Source: Vicugna vicugna
Lineage: Eukaryota
Reading direction: 5' to 3'
Assembly (NCBI GenBank): GCA_013265495.1
Contig: MU059758.1
Coordinates: 5,661,067 to 5,725,066 of the forward strand
DNA length: 64,000 bases
Shown: piece by piece, positions 48,990-62,580 of the stretch
How positions within the stretch are numbered: position 1 is the first letter of the stretch
How the letters are laid out: the number at the start of each line of letters is the position of its first letter
Made by a program: the position numbers and the translations under genes
The notes under the pieces: generated by a model
The model's database searches: none
Seen by the model: only the letters and a program-made list of their open reading frames with translations
Told to the model about the DNA's origin: nothing

Positions 48990-50440
48990 TCCTGTCTTTA
49001 TGTGAAGTGGGGACACTGTGCTCATTGTGGACTTTTGCATTCATTCTGATTCACTGAAAGAGTGCGTTAAAGGAGCTGTTGTAGCCGCAAACACGAAGAG
49101 GCTCTGATGTGGGAGAAACATTCGAGGGGCCGAAAGAATCTGCGGAGACAAAAGTATGATCGCTGAGATGTGAGGCCCAGCAAGAAAGCTGAATGATGAC
49201 GCTGAAGAAACCTTCCAGGAAGCAGAGTGAGAAGACTGAGAGACTGGAGGGAGGGAAAAAAGAAGAAACTCAGAGACTCACTGTAGATGCCAGGAATCCA
49301 GCAAACAAACCAGAGGGGTGAGAGCAGGGAGCCATGGGGAGGAAATTATTTGAGAAGTAACACAGGAGTGTTTTCTGGAACCAAGGGGATATTTTCTAGA
49401 TTAAAAAAGGCTCACCTTGCAGCTGGCCCAGAGTATGGAAATGAGCCACACCAAGGGACATCCCTGCAGAATTTTAGGGCCCTGGAGACAAGGAGAAAAC
49501 CCAAAGTAACCCCAGGGACAAGCCAGCAGTTCACAGACAGAGTCTAGAACAGAAGGGCGCTAATGAGACGTCCTTGAATCAACCCCGGAAGCCGGACCAC
49601 AGTGAAGCAGAGCTTCCAAAATCCCGAGAGGCAGGGACGCCTTTCCTGGCGTGTTGTACCCAGCCAGCAGATCAGCTAAGTGTGAGGGTGGGATACAGAC
49701 TGTCAGGGCCCGCAAGACTGCAGGAAACTTCCCTCCAGGAGAAGTGGCGCCACTGCCGGGTGCATTCTCAAAGCAGGGGCGTGAACCGGAGCCGGAGAAT
49801 CGGAGGACAGAGAACGAGGGCGGGAAGCGCCAGCCGACCGGTGCCCTGCAAGTTTGCCTGTAGAAAGAGTTGGTTTACACAAAGGAGAGAGAGTTTGAAT
49901 GTACGTAGTATAAATGCAGGGAGTTCAGAGTGTGCGCGCACGCACACCCCTGGGACAGCGATAAGCACCAGAGAAGACAAAATGTTGTGCAAGAAAGGAA
50001 AGGAAAACATAATATTGTGCAAGAAAGGAAAAGCAAGCGTCGTCCACCGTGACTCAGCTGTGAACAGTGTGCGTGAGCATCGTTATGCAAACTCTGAACT
50101 GCAATCGCCAAACTCCGCGCTCGGTTTGTTTGTACTCAGAGGATGGGAAGGCAAGAAATGGAAGCCGATGAAGTCGGGGGATGACAGCTGGGGGAGGACA
50201 GCCGGGGGCTGTCCGAGGACAGACTCCTCGTCCCGGGAAGGGCAGCCCAGAGAGTCCAGGAAGGGGAGCAGAAGCCCGTGTTGGGAGACGGGAAAGGAAA
50301 TGCTGAAGAATGTGGTCAGCCTGTGCTGCTCGGGTGCCCCTGGGGAGCAGAGGATGCTAAGGAGGTCCTGCTGCTTTGCATAAAAAGCCTCTCAAATAAC
50401 GTGACTTTAAAACATGTACATATGTCGTTGTGATAGGAAA
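48990..50440 (+). mobile_element. Highly degenerate, GC-shifted L1ME (ORF1 and ORF2 3' remnants)
   Basis: ORF1-like aaattatttgagaagtaac...gccacaccaagggacatc...gataaaga-type text, then ORF2 and 3' UTR-like motifs. Confidence 0.65.
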
Positions 50441-50729
50441 AGGCCCCGCACAACTGAATTAGAAAAGAAAGAGGACGTTGCTCTCTGGGAGCAGTCAGCA
50501 ACCTCAGCGAGGGCCAAGAGACGGGGTAGGTGACTCGGGGGTGGGCGCCCCGCGGCTGCCGGGCTGCGGTGGAGAGAAAGCTCTGTTCTCCCGGCACAGC
50601 AGCCCTTGCTCTTGGGAGCTTGACCTCCCCTTGGGAAACAGCTGCTCTCCAATCACACTGCTGCTCTGTGCTGTAAAAGATACAAGAGGACGGCTATTTT
50701 CTAGGGTAGGACATATAGATAATAATTGG

Positions 50730-51010
50730 GGTTTTTTAATTTTATTTTTTATCAAGTGCAGTTGATCTACAATGTTAGTTTCAGGTGCACAGCAAAGTGA
50801 TTCAGTTATACATACACATATATGAGTATTTTTTAAATTCATTTCCATTATATGTTATTACAAGAAATTGAGTATAGTTCCTTGTGCTGTACAGTAGGAC
50901 CTTGTTGTTTATCTACTTTATGTACAGTTATGTGTGTCTGCTAATCCCAAACTCCTAATTTATCCCTCCTCCGCCCTTTCCCCTTTGGTAACCATGGTTT
51001 GTTTTCTATG
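50730..51010 (-). mobile_element. Camelid L1 3' tail
   Basis: gttgatctacaatgttagtttcaggtgcacagcaaagtgattcag...ctaatcccaaactcctaatttatccc...ggtaaccat. Confidence 0.92.
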
Positions 51011-52559
51011 TTTTTTAAAATCTTGTTCTTGGGGTAATACTTTGAATTAATGAGTAAGGATTCCAGTGTTAGCCTGGGTAACCTGAGCATTAATTACAAA
51101 TTTGATTAAAGAGATTCAAGTTCATTACCAGTTAAATGTTCTTATGCCTCGGAATGTTGATCTCAGTCAGCAAAGTGAGGGTCACGGTTCTGGAGTCGGT
51201 CCTGCCCAAGACCCTGAGCAGAGCCCAGTCTTCTTGGAGGCCTGCTGCGTTTCCATGAGGAAACCTCTTTCGTCCTCGCCGCCCGCTTCGGTCGGCTGTG
51301 CGCTCTCAACACTGTGGATTTTTAATTAAGCCAGAGGCGATGACATGTATGCAGTTCCCTGTTCCCTAAGATTCAAGTGGATTCCCTGCTCGTCTACGCT
51401 CGGCCTTTCCTAACAAGGCCTGAGGAGAAATTCTTCAGCAGGTGCACGCTCTGGTCCGCTGGCCTTGGCTGGTTCTTGGGCCCGTGACCAGCTGGAAGAG
51501 AGGCTGGGGGTGTGAGTGGCTGGTGTTTTCAGCCTCTAGGATGGAAGTGACCTCTACCAGCGAGAAAGAAGGGCTGTTGGATAAGCAACCAGGAGCCTCC
51601 GGAACGTAAACTGCAGAAGCCGAGAGAGCAGATTCCAGACTCGCTGACGGGTCCACACAGACTTAACTGAGAAACTTATTTTATAGACGTACTTCGTCCG
51701 TTTTCTATGTGGGTTGACTTATTTGAACGGAGAAACTCCAGGGGCAGAAACCACACTGACTTGTCTGTCCCTTCTGTGGGATGACACTGGCGTTGATGGC
51801 TGTGTCACAGGGAGATGCAGGTGACAAGTCCATGCTTCTGAAGGCTTTACGAGGTCCACAGATGAGAGCTGTCACAACCCTGAACACTCGCACACACCTT
51901 TGACCCGACACGCTTCTCACTTTTATGCCCAGTCGTACTCTCATGGTTTATTAAACTTACTTGCGTTTTACAATAAAGGCACCTGACACACTCAGAAAAT
52001 GACGGTCAGCAGGCCTGCTGTAAGTCTGCTTGGGCCGAAGAACAGCTTCAGCAACAAAAGTTGTCTCTGGGTTAAAGCTTATGGTAAAACATCATAAAAA
52101 GTGAGGCACTGTCATTTTATTTCAATTAATTAAAAGATAAAACCTTAAGAAAACTGTTCGGAAAAGGAGAAAACAAATATTTATCAAGTTCCGTCTGTAT
52201 GTACACTTTCTGTACAGAACTTCATGGGCNNNNNNNNNNNNNNNNNNNNNNNNNNNNNNNNNNNNNNNNNNNNNNNNNNNNNNNNNNNNNNNNNNNNNNN
52301 NNNNNNNNNNNNNNNNNNNNNNNNNNNNNNNNNNNNNNNNNNNNNNNNNNNNNNNNNNNNNNNNNNNNNNCTCTGGACAGTGAGGATACTAACACCCAGG
52401 ACAGCTTACATACTTCATTGGTGGGAGCACCCAGATTCCTAACTGGGTTTTGACCCCCATCCCCATCCTCCCCAGACAATGTGGCTGTTTCAAGGACTGT
52501 GTGGCATTCGTCAGAGAGTCTTGGAGTCCTTTATAAGACTGAGCCAAAGGGTAGAGGGC

Positions 52560-52720
52560 GAGTGTGTGTGTTGCTAGGGTGTCTGTAAGAAAGTCCCACA
52601 AACAGGGGACTTAGAGCAGCAGACACGTGTTCTCTGTCATGTCTGGAGACCAGACATCTGAAACCAAGGTTTTGGTTTGTTCCTTCGTGAGGCTCTGAGG
52701 GAAGGCTCCACTCCAGGCCT
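52560..52720 (-). mobile_element. MaLR LTR fragment (MLT1A/B-like)
   Basis: gctagggtgtctgtaagaaagtcccacaaacaggggacttagagcagcagac...tctggagaccagacatctgaaaccaagg. Confidence 0.7.
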
Positions 52721-52734
52721 CTGCCATCCGGTGA

Positions 52735-52870
52735 GGGCGTTGATGGTGGGGGTGCTGTGTGAGTGGGGTGGGGGCAGAGGGTATATGGGAAATCTCTGTA
52801 CCTTCCTCTCAAATTTGCTGTGACCCTAAAAGAGTTCTAAAAAGTAAAGTGTTTTAAAAATTAAACTGCA
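52735..52870 (+). mobile_element. L1MB 3' end
   Basis: gggtatatgggaaatctctgtaccttcctctcaaatttgctgtgaccctaaaagagttctaaaaagtaaagt. Confidence 0.85.
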
Positions 52871-53964
52871 TAAATTTTAATTAATAAAGCATATGGAAAG
52901 CAGAGTTAATACGCACCCGGAACACCTCACTTCCTCCTGATTCATCACTTACTACCACTAGGTCCATAAGTTTTCTTCCCTCTGTGGTGCCTGCGTAGTG
53001 GAGTTATTATCTGATGGGGCCTACGGGGCTCCTCTTCCCAGCTCTGACTAGTGGCCTCAATTTGGTAGCTTGAAGTTGAGTCGGCTGGAGGGGGAGGACT
53101 TCCACAACAGAAGTCACTACACTCCCGGCCTTGCCCCAGGAGAGTCCCCGGCACGCCTGTGCCGCTGTGGGCTCAGGTATCAGGACACACCGGAGGATGT
53201 CCCTCAGAGCAGGGCTCCTGGGAAAAGATCGCGGAAACACAGACCTTCATATATGGTTACACTAAGTTACTCACTCTGAAGTCATCCAAAGACCTCTTTA
53301 AAATGGTTCCAAGAATCCTCTCTTCTGGAAGCCAGGAGGTCCAGCCAATCTAAAGAATTAAATCACTCAGATTTGAAGGAGAAAAATACGCCTCAGAGCA
53401 GCTCTCTTGCCATCAGAACAACTCCAATCCTGTTCTGAGCAATAGAATTTAATTGCCAAACTGTTTCCCGTAATTAAGTCTATCAGCGTGGTTTCCTCCT
53501 GATGAAAATAAAGACTGGTATATTACATCTCTTGCAACAGGAGTCTTTTATCTCCCTTAAATTAGAAATCTATGATTCAACAAGCGTTCTCTTCAAAACA
53601 TGATTTTTCCCCCTGCAAGAATACGAAGGACTTTTAAAAAAATTTAATATTGCCCAGGAGAGAGAAGCTGGCGGCAGGCACCATCATTTCACTGCAAACA
53701 CTGTTGCGTCCTGGTACACCTCATCAAGACTGTCTAAGTGTGTCTGAAGAACGTGTCTTTCCCCAGCCTTCGCTTCCATTGACAAACTGCGTGATTTTGA
53801 AGTAGAATGTGGTCATCAATGCCGCTTTTCAGTCAGTGTGACGGTGCTTCTGGGGGAGTCAGAGGTGGGGTGCCGCCCCCTAGCACGGCTGTTAGCACAG
53901 CTGCTTGCTCTCGGCCGGGCACCTTGCAGCCCAGGCTCTGCATGAGCACCACTGGATGAGGGCC

Positions 53965-54110
53965 AGGGCAGGAAGTGTTTAAACAAGTCCCGAAGTTCAG
54001 CCTAACCCAGAGATTCTGGCCTGAGGAGGGCTGAGGGCATCAGTACGTTTTGAAAGCTTCCCAGGTGATTCTGATACGTGTTGAGTATTAAGAAGCATTA
54101 TTTGAACCAA
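53965..54110. mobile_element. MER5-like hAT MITE
   Basis: ccagagattctgg...ttttgaaagcttcccaggtgattctgat...ttaagaagca. Confidence 0.6.
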
Positions 54111-54126
54111 TATAAAAAGCATTTGA

Positions 54127-54273
54127 AGAGGGAGGGTGTAGCTCGGTGGTAGAGTGTGTGCTTAGCATGCACGAGGTCCTGGGTTCAATCCCCAGTCCCT
54201 CCATCAAAAAATAAATAAATAAACTTAATCCTCCAGCCCCCCCCACCAATGTCATAAAGTTTAAAAAGGCTTA
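54127..54273 (+). mobile_element. Full-length tRNA-derived SINE (camelid Vic-1-like) with TSD
   Basis: A-box tagctcggtgg, B-box ggttcaatccc and an A-rich tail. TSD aaaaagcatttga (54114-54126) / aaaaatcatttga (54274-54286). Confidence 0.92.
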
Positions 54274-54779
54274 AAAAATCATTTGATGTGCTTGACGTGA
54301 ACCTGCTGTTTGTCTCCCTGATACACAGGGGAACAAGTCAGATATCCCTGCCAAAGACATGATTTCAGTGTCTTTTTGTCTATTGGTTAATAAAAATTGG
54401 AGTGGGTTGACATCAAAGATAGCCAATAAAATCGCCCTGTTTGGGGGCACACTCTGATGTGTGAAAGGCCGGTCCTATGAGGTCTGGTCAGTTATACCCA
54501 CCGGGGGTCCATTCTGCAGCCACTGAGCGAGGAGGGGACACCCCTCCACCCGCAGGCCTCTCCAGGGCCCTGCTTCCTTCAACTTGGCTTCCCGACACTG
54601 TCTTGCATTTAACCCATTTTCCAAGCCCATCTTAGTCTCCTGCTGATTCTGTGAGACCTGTGTCTTCCCAAAAAATCATTTCCCCCACTTCTTTTTGCTT
54701 AAAATAGAGGCACTGTTTGTTTCTTGCTGGAGAAGGATTGCTAACTGATGCCCGAAAGGAAACAGAAAAATGTGACTAG

Positions 54780-56035
54780 TTTTTGTAAACATTCCTCAAC
54801 CTAAGAACCTAAAAATTCAAGAAGAAAATTGTTGAGAGACTTGCCCTACAAAAAATAAAGAGTATACACAAAAAGATCAACAGAATTGAACAGAGAATCC
54901 AAAAAACGACTCAAACATATGGAAACCATGGGGTATGACAGCTGGTATGGTACACACTGTAGAAAAAATAGACTGTTCGATACACGGTGCTCAGGGAAGT
55001 TAGTGCCCAGTGCAGAATGCCGCCCTCAAGAAGCTCAAGGTTCTTTTCAGATGTCCTAAAAACTTTTAATGCAAACAACAAAAGTTTAAAACTTTCAGAG
55101 GAAAATATACGTATGCCACTGAGGTAGGAAAGAATACTTCAAAATGGGAATACCCAACATGGAAAGGGAAAGACTAGTGTACTTGACCACAGAGCAGGTG
55201 AACATTTTTATGTGAAAAGACAACATAAACTAAGTGAAAAGACAAGCCCAAAGTTAGAAAAAGACTTGCAATTTATGTAACCAGGAAAGGACTAGAATCT
55301 ACCATATAAAAACAGATTCTACAGATCAGTAAGATATAAACAGTCTAAGAGAGAAACAGTCCAAGGATGTGAAAGGGGAAAAACACAGAAAAAGCAAAAG
55401 AAAGGAAAAACCTAAACGTCTGGCCACAGGAAATGGATAGATTGTAGCATGTCTGTAGAGTGGAATACTGTGTGTCCTCGAGAGGAGTGAAAATTAATGG
55501 GACACACTTCATGGAGAATGAATGTCAAAAACATAGTGCCAAGTTCATGGGGAAAAGGCAAGTGGCAAATCGCATCACTTAAATCAACACTCATTGTTCT
55601 ATACAATAATGCCATTTGCAGCAACACGGATGGACCTGGAAATCGTCATTCTGAGTAAAGTAAGCCAGAAGGAGAAAGAAGATTTCCATATGATATCACT
55701 TACCTGTGGAATAATAATAAAAAAGACACAAATGAACTACTTATTATTTATAACTTAGATGATTGATTCTTGAATGTGTGTGAGCACATTTGACTGTCCT
55801 TTATGATTGGATCACTGCATTCTACTGATTTTTGTTTTGTGGTTGGCTTTATTCCTTTGACAACTATGTAAGTTTAAAAAGCTAAAGCTCTAAACTGTTC
55901 TTAGAAACAATGAAAAGTACATATATGTAAGTTTTAAAATATGTGCAGTATGTTATATATATGTATTTACATGCAATATATTGTATATGTGCAGTCACGT
56001 TGTAACAATTCTACCTAATAAAACTGAAAATGAAA
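54780..56035 (+). mobile_element. Mosaic of L1 fragments (old L1M ORF2 and 3' end, plus a younger L1 3' UTR piece at about 55600-55740)
   Basis: gatcaacagaattgaacagagaatcc, agacaacataaactaagtgaaaagacaagcc and ataatgccatttgcagcaacacggatggacctgg. Confidence 0.8.
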
Positions 56036-57782
56036 AAAACACTCATTACTCTAAATGACTTTCGACAATATTTTCTACAGGAAAAATACAAAACCGTGGT
56101 CAGGAAGGACAGTCACTAAGTTGGGGGCTTGTTTCCCTCCAGGGTGGGGAAGAAGGGGATGAAAACAGGCAGCCAAAGGCAATGAAATTTTATCTGCAGT
56201 TTCTGCTCCGATCTGGGGGCCGCATGGTGACGAGATGTTATTTTCTGCACTGGTCCATCGGATCTGAAATACTTTTGTTAATTAGAGCCTCAACTTGGCT
56301 TTCTTTCTTTTCACCTAAGATGCTGGTTGGAAAGTTCTCATGTCCAAACGTGGGATTATTTCAGTAACTGCCCTGACGGTCCTCTCCCTGTATTATTTCC
56401 CGCTTTAGGGATGTGGCTCCCGACCACGGCCCTGACCAAGCATCCAGGGGGCAGAAAGCCATCACACGACCTCCAGCCCCTTTCCTCTTGCTCTGCTGGT
56501 GGTCAGCAGATATGCGCGCACGTGTGTGTGTGTAGACAGCGGCCCGTGACCACCTTGTCATCTGTCTGTCTGCTCTACCTTTACGTTGCTCTGGGTGCGC
56601 GCACTCTCAGGGATGTGCGGCCAGCCCGCCTTGTCCAGCGTGTCTGCACACAGTCGTCTTCCTTGGGTCTGAACCCACCTTCCTCCCTCTCCTAACATCA
56701 CTGGCTCGCTCGTCTTCCGCCACTGTGAACTCTGGTTTATCACCCACGTTACTGATGGTGCTTTCATATCGGGATGGAGAGCAGGCAGTACCTGTGTAGC
56801 TCCCTCTCCTCCCCAGTCTCTCTGACCACACGTCAGCCATCGCCTGCCGAGAACGTTCCGTCATCTGTGTGCCTCTCCTAGGTGTGAAATGCGATCTGTT
56901 GCTGTATTTACGTCTCTACTCTCTGTCTATCTGTTATCTATTATCTATCGGTTTAGTGCCCCACTACAGCAGCAATAAAAAGGAATTACCTTTGAGTGAT
57001 CGGTAGAAGAAACAGCTTTATTTAAAGGATAACACCAATCACAGATTTGGGATGATACATTTCCAGGTTTCTCACTGTGTTTGTTCCTTGACAAACACTG
57101 TGTTGTTCTGTATATGGTACTTTAAAACCTGCCTTTCCCCTGAATAATTTGGTCTGGATGTCTTTTTCGGGTCAGTGACCTTGGCTGCCATATTCCCAGC
57201 AGCACTAGAAGCTAGAACTGGCAGGAACGTCCCTAAGAAAGCATCCGGTGTGCCTTGTGGCCTGTGGGCCTCCCAGGTACCTCCCCCAACCCCAGCCTGG
57301 CGTTTCCGCCCGGTTTGGGCAGCAGCAGCAGGCGGGTGGTGTGGACGGGTCTGGATGGGCAGGCTGGGGCACCCTTGCGACGTACTCGGGTTTGGTCTGA
57401 CCCAGGCAGGGCTGGGAGTCTGTCCCCGCACCGTCACAAGCTGGCTCAGACTGAATGGCCGAGGAAACCGAGCTCATGTGTCTGAAAGTGGCCTCCCAGG
57501 GTTCAGAGCAATAGAAAGGCAGGGCCTGCTTAACACTTAGCTTGATTACAGACTGAGTGTTCCGACGTGTTCTGGGTAAGCCTTGGCGTGCCTCCTGGGC
57601 CGACAAATGTTAAAGACAGAACTGCATCCCTGTGGGTTAATTTCTGTGCAACTAGCTCTCTAGCGATACTTGCAGATTGACTGGGAAATCACACGTTTCT
57701 GGTGCCAGCTTTCGGGTTTGCAAGTTCAAGCACAGCCCTGTACTTGAATCACACGTCTCAGATTGTGAAGGGTTCCATATCC

Positions 57783-57990
57783 AGCTGGCCCTTGAACAAC
57801 ATGGGTCTCAAGTGTGCAGGTCCACATGTACTTGGACATTCCCCCTAATTCTGGACGGCCGTGCGACACGCCTCGCGGTGGTCGAATCCAAGGGTGCAGC
57901 ACTGCAGGTAAAAGGAGGCCAAGGGTGAAGGTACACTTGGGTTTCCACTGTGTGGGGTGGCAGCACCCCGAACCCTCATGTTGTTCCTGA
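57783..57990 (+). mobile_element. Tc1/mariner Tigger2-family MITE
   Basis: The left TIR cagctggcccttgaacaacatggg resembles CAGTTGACCCTTGAACAACACGGG; degenerate right end ccctcatgttgttcc. Confidence 0.65.
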
Positions 57991-58264
57991 TTTCACTCCG
58001 AACTGTCTGTCTTCAAAGGACGACGGCTTTCTGTCCCTTTACATGGAAGGTGGCTTCGGGGTTCAGCAGAGATGGCGGGTGTGCCCACACCTCACCCACC
58101 AGGTCTGCGCCCCTGTCCCCTGCGTTCTGCTCAGCGTTCTCAGGTGCTGCACCTGCTGTGGCTCAGGGCCATCCTTCTCATAGCCGTTCTGGGGCCTGGT
58201 GATCGCGAGCACTTCTGAAATATCTTCTGGGGCGGCCTGGCGGGAATTGCTAAGTGCTGTTTCT

Positions 58265-58452
58265 TTTTTGCTTTTTCTTTCTTTTCTCTTTCTTTCTTTC
58301 TTTTTCAGGGGGAAGGTAATTAGGTTTGTTTATTTGTTTATTCATTGATTTATTCATTTATTGTTTTTTAGTGGAGGTGCTGGGGATTGAACTTAGGGCC
58401 CCGTGCGTGCTGAGCCCTGCACTGCGCTCCACTGAGCTGCACCCTCCCCGCC
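58265..58452 (-). mobile_element. tRNA-derived SINE (Vic-1-like) with T/TTTC-rich tail
   Basis: ggggaaggtaattaggtttgtttattt...gaggtgctggggattgaacttaggg...ccactgagctgcaccctcccc. Confidence 0.9.
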
Positions 58453-59974
58453 CGATGCTGTCTCTAATGCCTTTACTTCGCCTTATTACCACTTGTAGTT
58501 GGGTGACCTGAGCAAATTACCTTACTTCTGAACGTGAGTTTCTTCCCCATGGTGGGGCCGGGTTACCCTCTCTCTCCCGGATCCACTGCGTGGGCTCTGC
58601 TTTCTTGGAAGAACCTCTCAAAAGGCAGTTAAGAATCAGATGGACAATTCCGCTTGAAACCAGCGGCAAGACGGGGACACAGAAACCCCGTGAATTTCCC
58701 AGGGTCCAACAGTACTATTTCAATATTAACAAACAAATAATGTTGAGATCTAATCCCTGAGCCTTCACATTGTGCCAGGTTACAGGTAAGAGTGTTCCGG
58801 AGAGGCTGGTTGCAATTGCGAGCTTGCGGGGCTGCGGGGATCCTGGGGTTTCGTCTTCAGCCCTCTGTCTCCCCTCCTCCTTCCCAGCCAAGGCTCCTTC
58901 CCTCCTCGCACCCAGCCCCCCTTCCTAGGTCCCCAAGATCTGATGTCTCTTCATCTCTGCATCAGACCCACCGACCCTGTGTCTCCGCATGCCTGGGGCC
59001 CAGCTCACTCAGTCAGGACAGGAGGAGTGGCTGGTCCCCTAAGGGCAGCCTTCTTATTCCCCAGGGTCCCTCTCTGGCAGTGCCCCCTCTTAGGGACATG
59101 GGAGCTTCCGTGTCTGATTCTCTGAACTCGCGGGGGTATTAGTCACGCGGAGGTTTCCAGCAGGCTCGGGGCCCCCAGCGGCTCTCCCCTGGCCCACAGC
59201 AGGGGAAGAGACGCGGGCCCGCCCCTCCTCGTGACTCGGCGCCCAGCCCTGCCTCCTGTTGCTGGAGGAAGCCTGGACACGGCCGCCTGGGGTGCACTGG
59301 CAGGGAGGAGACCAGGAGACCAACACCACGCTTTTCTCAAGACGTTCTAGAACCCTCTGAGGTCAGGCTGCCCATCATGGCTGTCTGTGCTGGGAGCAGC
59401 CTCCCCGTGGGCAGGGCTGTCCAGGAGCGGGGCCCACACTGCCCGGTCCTCACCGCCCGCTGCCCAGGCCTCCAGCCAGCCCCCTTCTCCTGCCGCGCCC
59501 CCCGCAGCCGCCTCTTAGCAGACAGCTGCTTCTCCAAGTGCCTGTGACCGTGGGCCCGGAAGAGAGCTGGAAAGATGCTGGGGACATGCCAGGGGTGGCT
59601 TGGGAGCGGAGGGTCTGGGAAGCGGCCAGACTGCTATGTGAGTGGACGCTGTTTGGATGACTGGCCACTTGACCTTTGGCCCGAGCCCCTGGGAAAGCTC
59701 ACCCTCCTCTCTTCCATTTTATTTCTGGCTTCACACAAGCTTCCTTTTTATGTTAACGTTCTGACAGAAGAGTGCTCCCACTGGGCGGACCCTGAAACCG
59801 CAGGACATGGAGCCCTCTGCCCCAGCAGCTGCCACCCTTCAGGCCTGTCCCCTGCCTGCATCTCACCCGCTTTCCGGGTCTTTCCATTTGGGCTTTTAAA
59901 TTGTATATAGGCTGAGATATCTCGTGCACGAAACCTTCCGTGATTTGACTCCAGCAAAGTCGGAATCATAGCCG

Positions 59975-60287
59975 GTTTTTTTTTGAATTTTTTTAAATTA
60001 AAGCGTGGTCAGTTTACAATGTTTGTCAATTTCTGGTGCACAGCATCATGTTTCAGTCATCCATGTACACACATATATTCCTTTTCAGATTCTTTTCCAT
60101 TATAGGTGACTACAGGATATTGAATATAGTTCCCTGTGCTGTACAGTAGGACCTTGTTGTGTATCTATTTTATATAGAGTTAGAGTAGTTACATAGAGTA
60201 GTTAGTAGACTCTCAATTTATCCCTTTCCACCTCGGTGACCATAAGTTTGTTCTCTATGTCTAAGTCAGTTTCTGTTTTGTAAGTAA
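59975..60287 (-). mobile_element. Camelid L1 3' tail running into a gap
   Basis: gtcagtttacaatgtttgtcaatttctggtgcacagc...tgaccataagtttgttctctatgtct. Confidence 0.9.
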
Positions 60288-62580
60288 NNNNNNNNNNNNN
60301 NNNNNNNNNNNNNNNNNNNNNNNNNNNNNNNNNNNNNNNNNNNNNNNNNNNNNNNNNNNNNNNNNNNNNNNNNNNNNNNNNNNNNNNNNNNNNNNNNNNN
60401 NNNNNNNNNNNNNNNNNNNNNNNNNNNNNNNNNNNNNNNNNNNNNNNNNNNNNNNNNNNNNNNNNNNNNNNNNNNNNNNNNNNNAAATGCAAATTTGTGT
60501 TACGTTTATTGTACCACAATACAAATACATGTGCAAGTGTAAAAACAAAGAAATCAAATTCATACGAGATGATAAAGGCTTCAGTTTGAAAGTGCATGAC
60601 CTTGGCCTGAACTCTGCTCCAGCCCCGTGGCCAGAGGGGTCTCTGGAGGCACCAGGACTTGGGGGCAGAGGGACATGTGGACTCAGGGGTGAGCTCAGGA
60701 CATCGTCCTCTGATGAACAAGCCAAGAGACCAAAGCAGAGGTTCCCACTGTTAATTTGTGAGAGGAGCCACTGAGCATGGGGACCAGGACCCAGGGAGGG
60801 AAGTGGAGACTTTGCAAAGGGCTGACCCTGCCCTGTACATGGATGCTTGGGCATGGGGCGTGGTCAGGGGAGGAGAGGGTCCGCAGGCAGAGCCTTCCCG
60901 GCAGGCGGGCCTCCGCTCTGTGCCCGCAGTGGAGGGCGGCCTTTTCTCTGCAGAGACCATTTCCCTGACTTTGCGCTCATCCAGGAGCACTGGGCTCCCT
61001 GCAGGATGATCACCCATAAACACTGGGATGGAAGATCCTCGAACAGCCTTAACTGGCCCCTTCAGTACGCAGCGGCATTTGTGCAAGTGATTTCAGATTT
61101 CAAACCCTAGCGCTGAGGTCCCCTAGGAACACAGCTCCAAATCTGGCTTTGAGAATCTGGCTTTGGAATACGACACATTGCTGCCTTGTCTTTGTGGGTT
61201 TTCTTCTCAGGCAATTGTGTTAAAGACGTGGGAGGAGAAGTCAAGGCTGGACGAACAGTTTTGTTTTTGGTGCTGCACTCGGGACGTTCAAAAGCTGTGC
61301 AGGAACCACACCCTGCTCCATCATGTGGGACGTCCTTGGACCACAGTTATTCTTAAATGGGTCAAATTCTCCTAATTTCGGAGCCTCCGGCAGAGCACAT
61401 GTGGAAAACGATGGGAATGAGCTGACGGGGTGGAGGCATCCTCAGATTTCCCACCTGGTAGAGGATGGACGGGGAGCAGCCATCCTCCTCCCCCCGAGGG
61501 CATCATCTCCCCCAGATCCCTCAGCGTCTCTAGACCGCTAGCCAATATTGACACCAGTAGACCCTGAAGCCCTGCAGTCCTGCCCGGTGAGGAGCCAGCC
61601 CAGGCGCTAACAGTGGTCTTCGGGGATGAGACAGCCCCATTTTCCCTCGGGAAACCGCAGCGTAATTCGTATAATCTGAACATTGAGATGTCACAAGTCA
61701 TGGTTTATATTTTTCCATATAATTTGCAAAGATAGAAACTTAATGGAACTCTGTCCCAGTGGCGAGCAAGGCCGTCTCTGAGCAAGACTTCTAGATCGAC
61801 CTTCGGGCTGTGACAGCCCTGCCCTTGGATGTGGGCAGAAGTCTGGGCTGTGCTGCTGTGAGGTTAGAGTCTCCATGCTGTTGTTGGGGTTCTGGGGCCT
61901 GGCACCATGCCTGCCCTGCACCAGTGTTTAATAGCTGTTCACACCACTGAACTGGGGGCTTCCTAGCTGGTCCAACTTGCTCAGTGTCCATCCTTAGGTC
62001 ACCGCAGTGTTTGTCATCCAAAAACACAGACTCCTCCACCTGGCCTTGAAAGCCCCTATTCAGGCCTTAGAGGCCACTGTCTCTTGGATATGTTCTGTCA
62101 TGAATGCCACAGGTGTTTTCCCAGGGCCTCCCACACACTTCCAGGGGAACCTCCTGAGGTGTGGCAGCACCCGCCCACAGGGACCCACAGGGAACCATGG
62201 ACCTGACCCTGCAAACGGTGTGCAAATGTCACAGGATGGATGGGGGCGGGAAGGACGGAGGGGTGTCAGCTTGGTGACCGGTCTTCTTCCACCCACGGAC
62301 TGAACCCACACGCTGGTCTCAGTTCCTGGCCTTTCAAAGCCTTTCAGAGAAGCTGTGCTGCTTCTGGGTACGGCTGTGGTGGAAAAGTGAAGCGGTGCCT
62401 GGATGTGACCAACATGAAGGATGAGACAGGCGGCTTCCTGCGGGAGACTGAGCAGAGGCACGCAGACACCCCGTGTCGGCAGGGATTTAATTGAAATTTC
62501 AGTGTTATATACACAAGCAAACACTGTATTACTCTATATACTGAGACTGTCTTAAATATCCACAATAAATATACTTTAGA

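Noticed and set aside
49574-50383. 269-aa ORF
   Set aside because: TTG start, lies on a GC-shifted L1ME relic, and shows no recognisable domain or splice structure.
54129-54200. tRNA-Ala-like sequence with A and B boxes
   Set aside because: It has an A-rich tail, a TSD and several related copies in the window, so it is a SINE rather than a tRNA gene.
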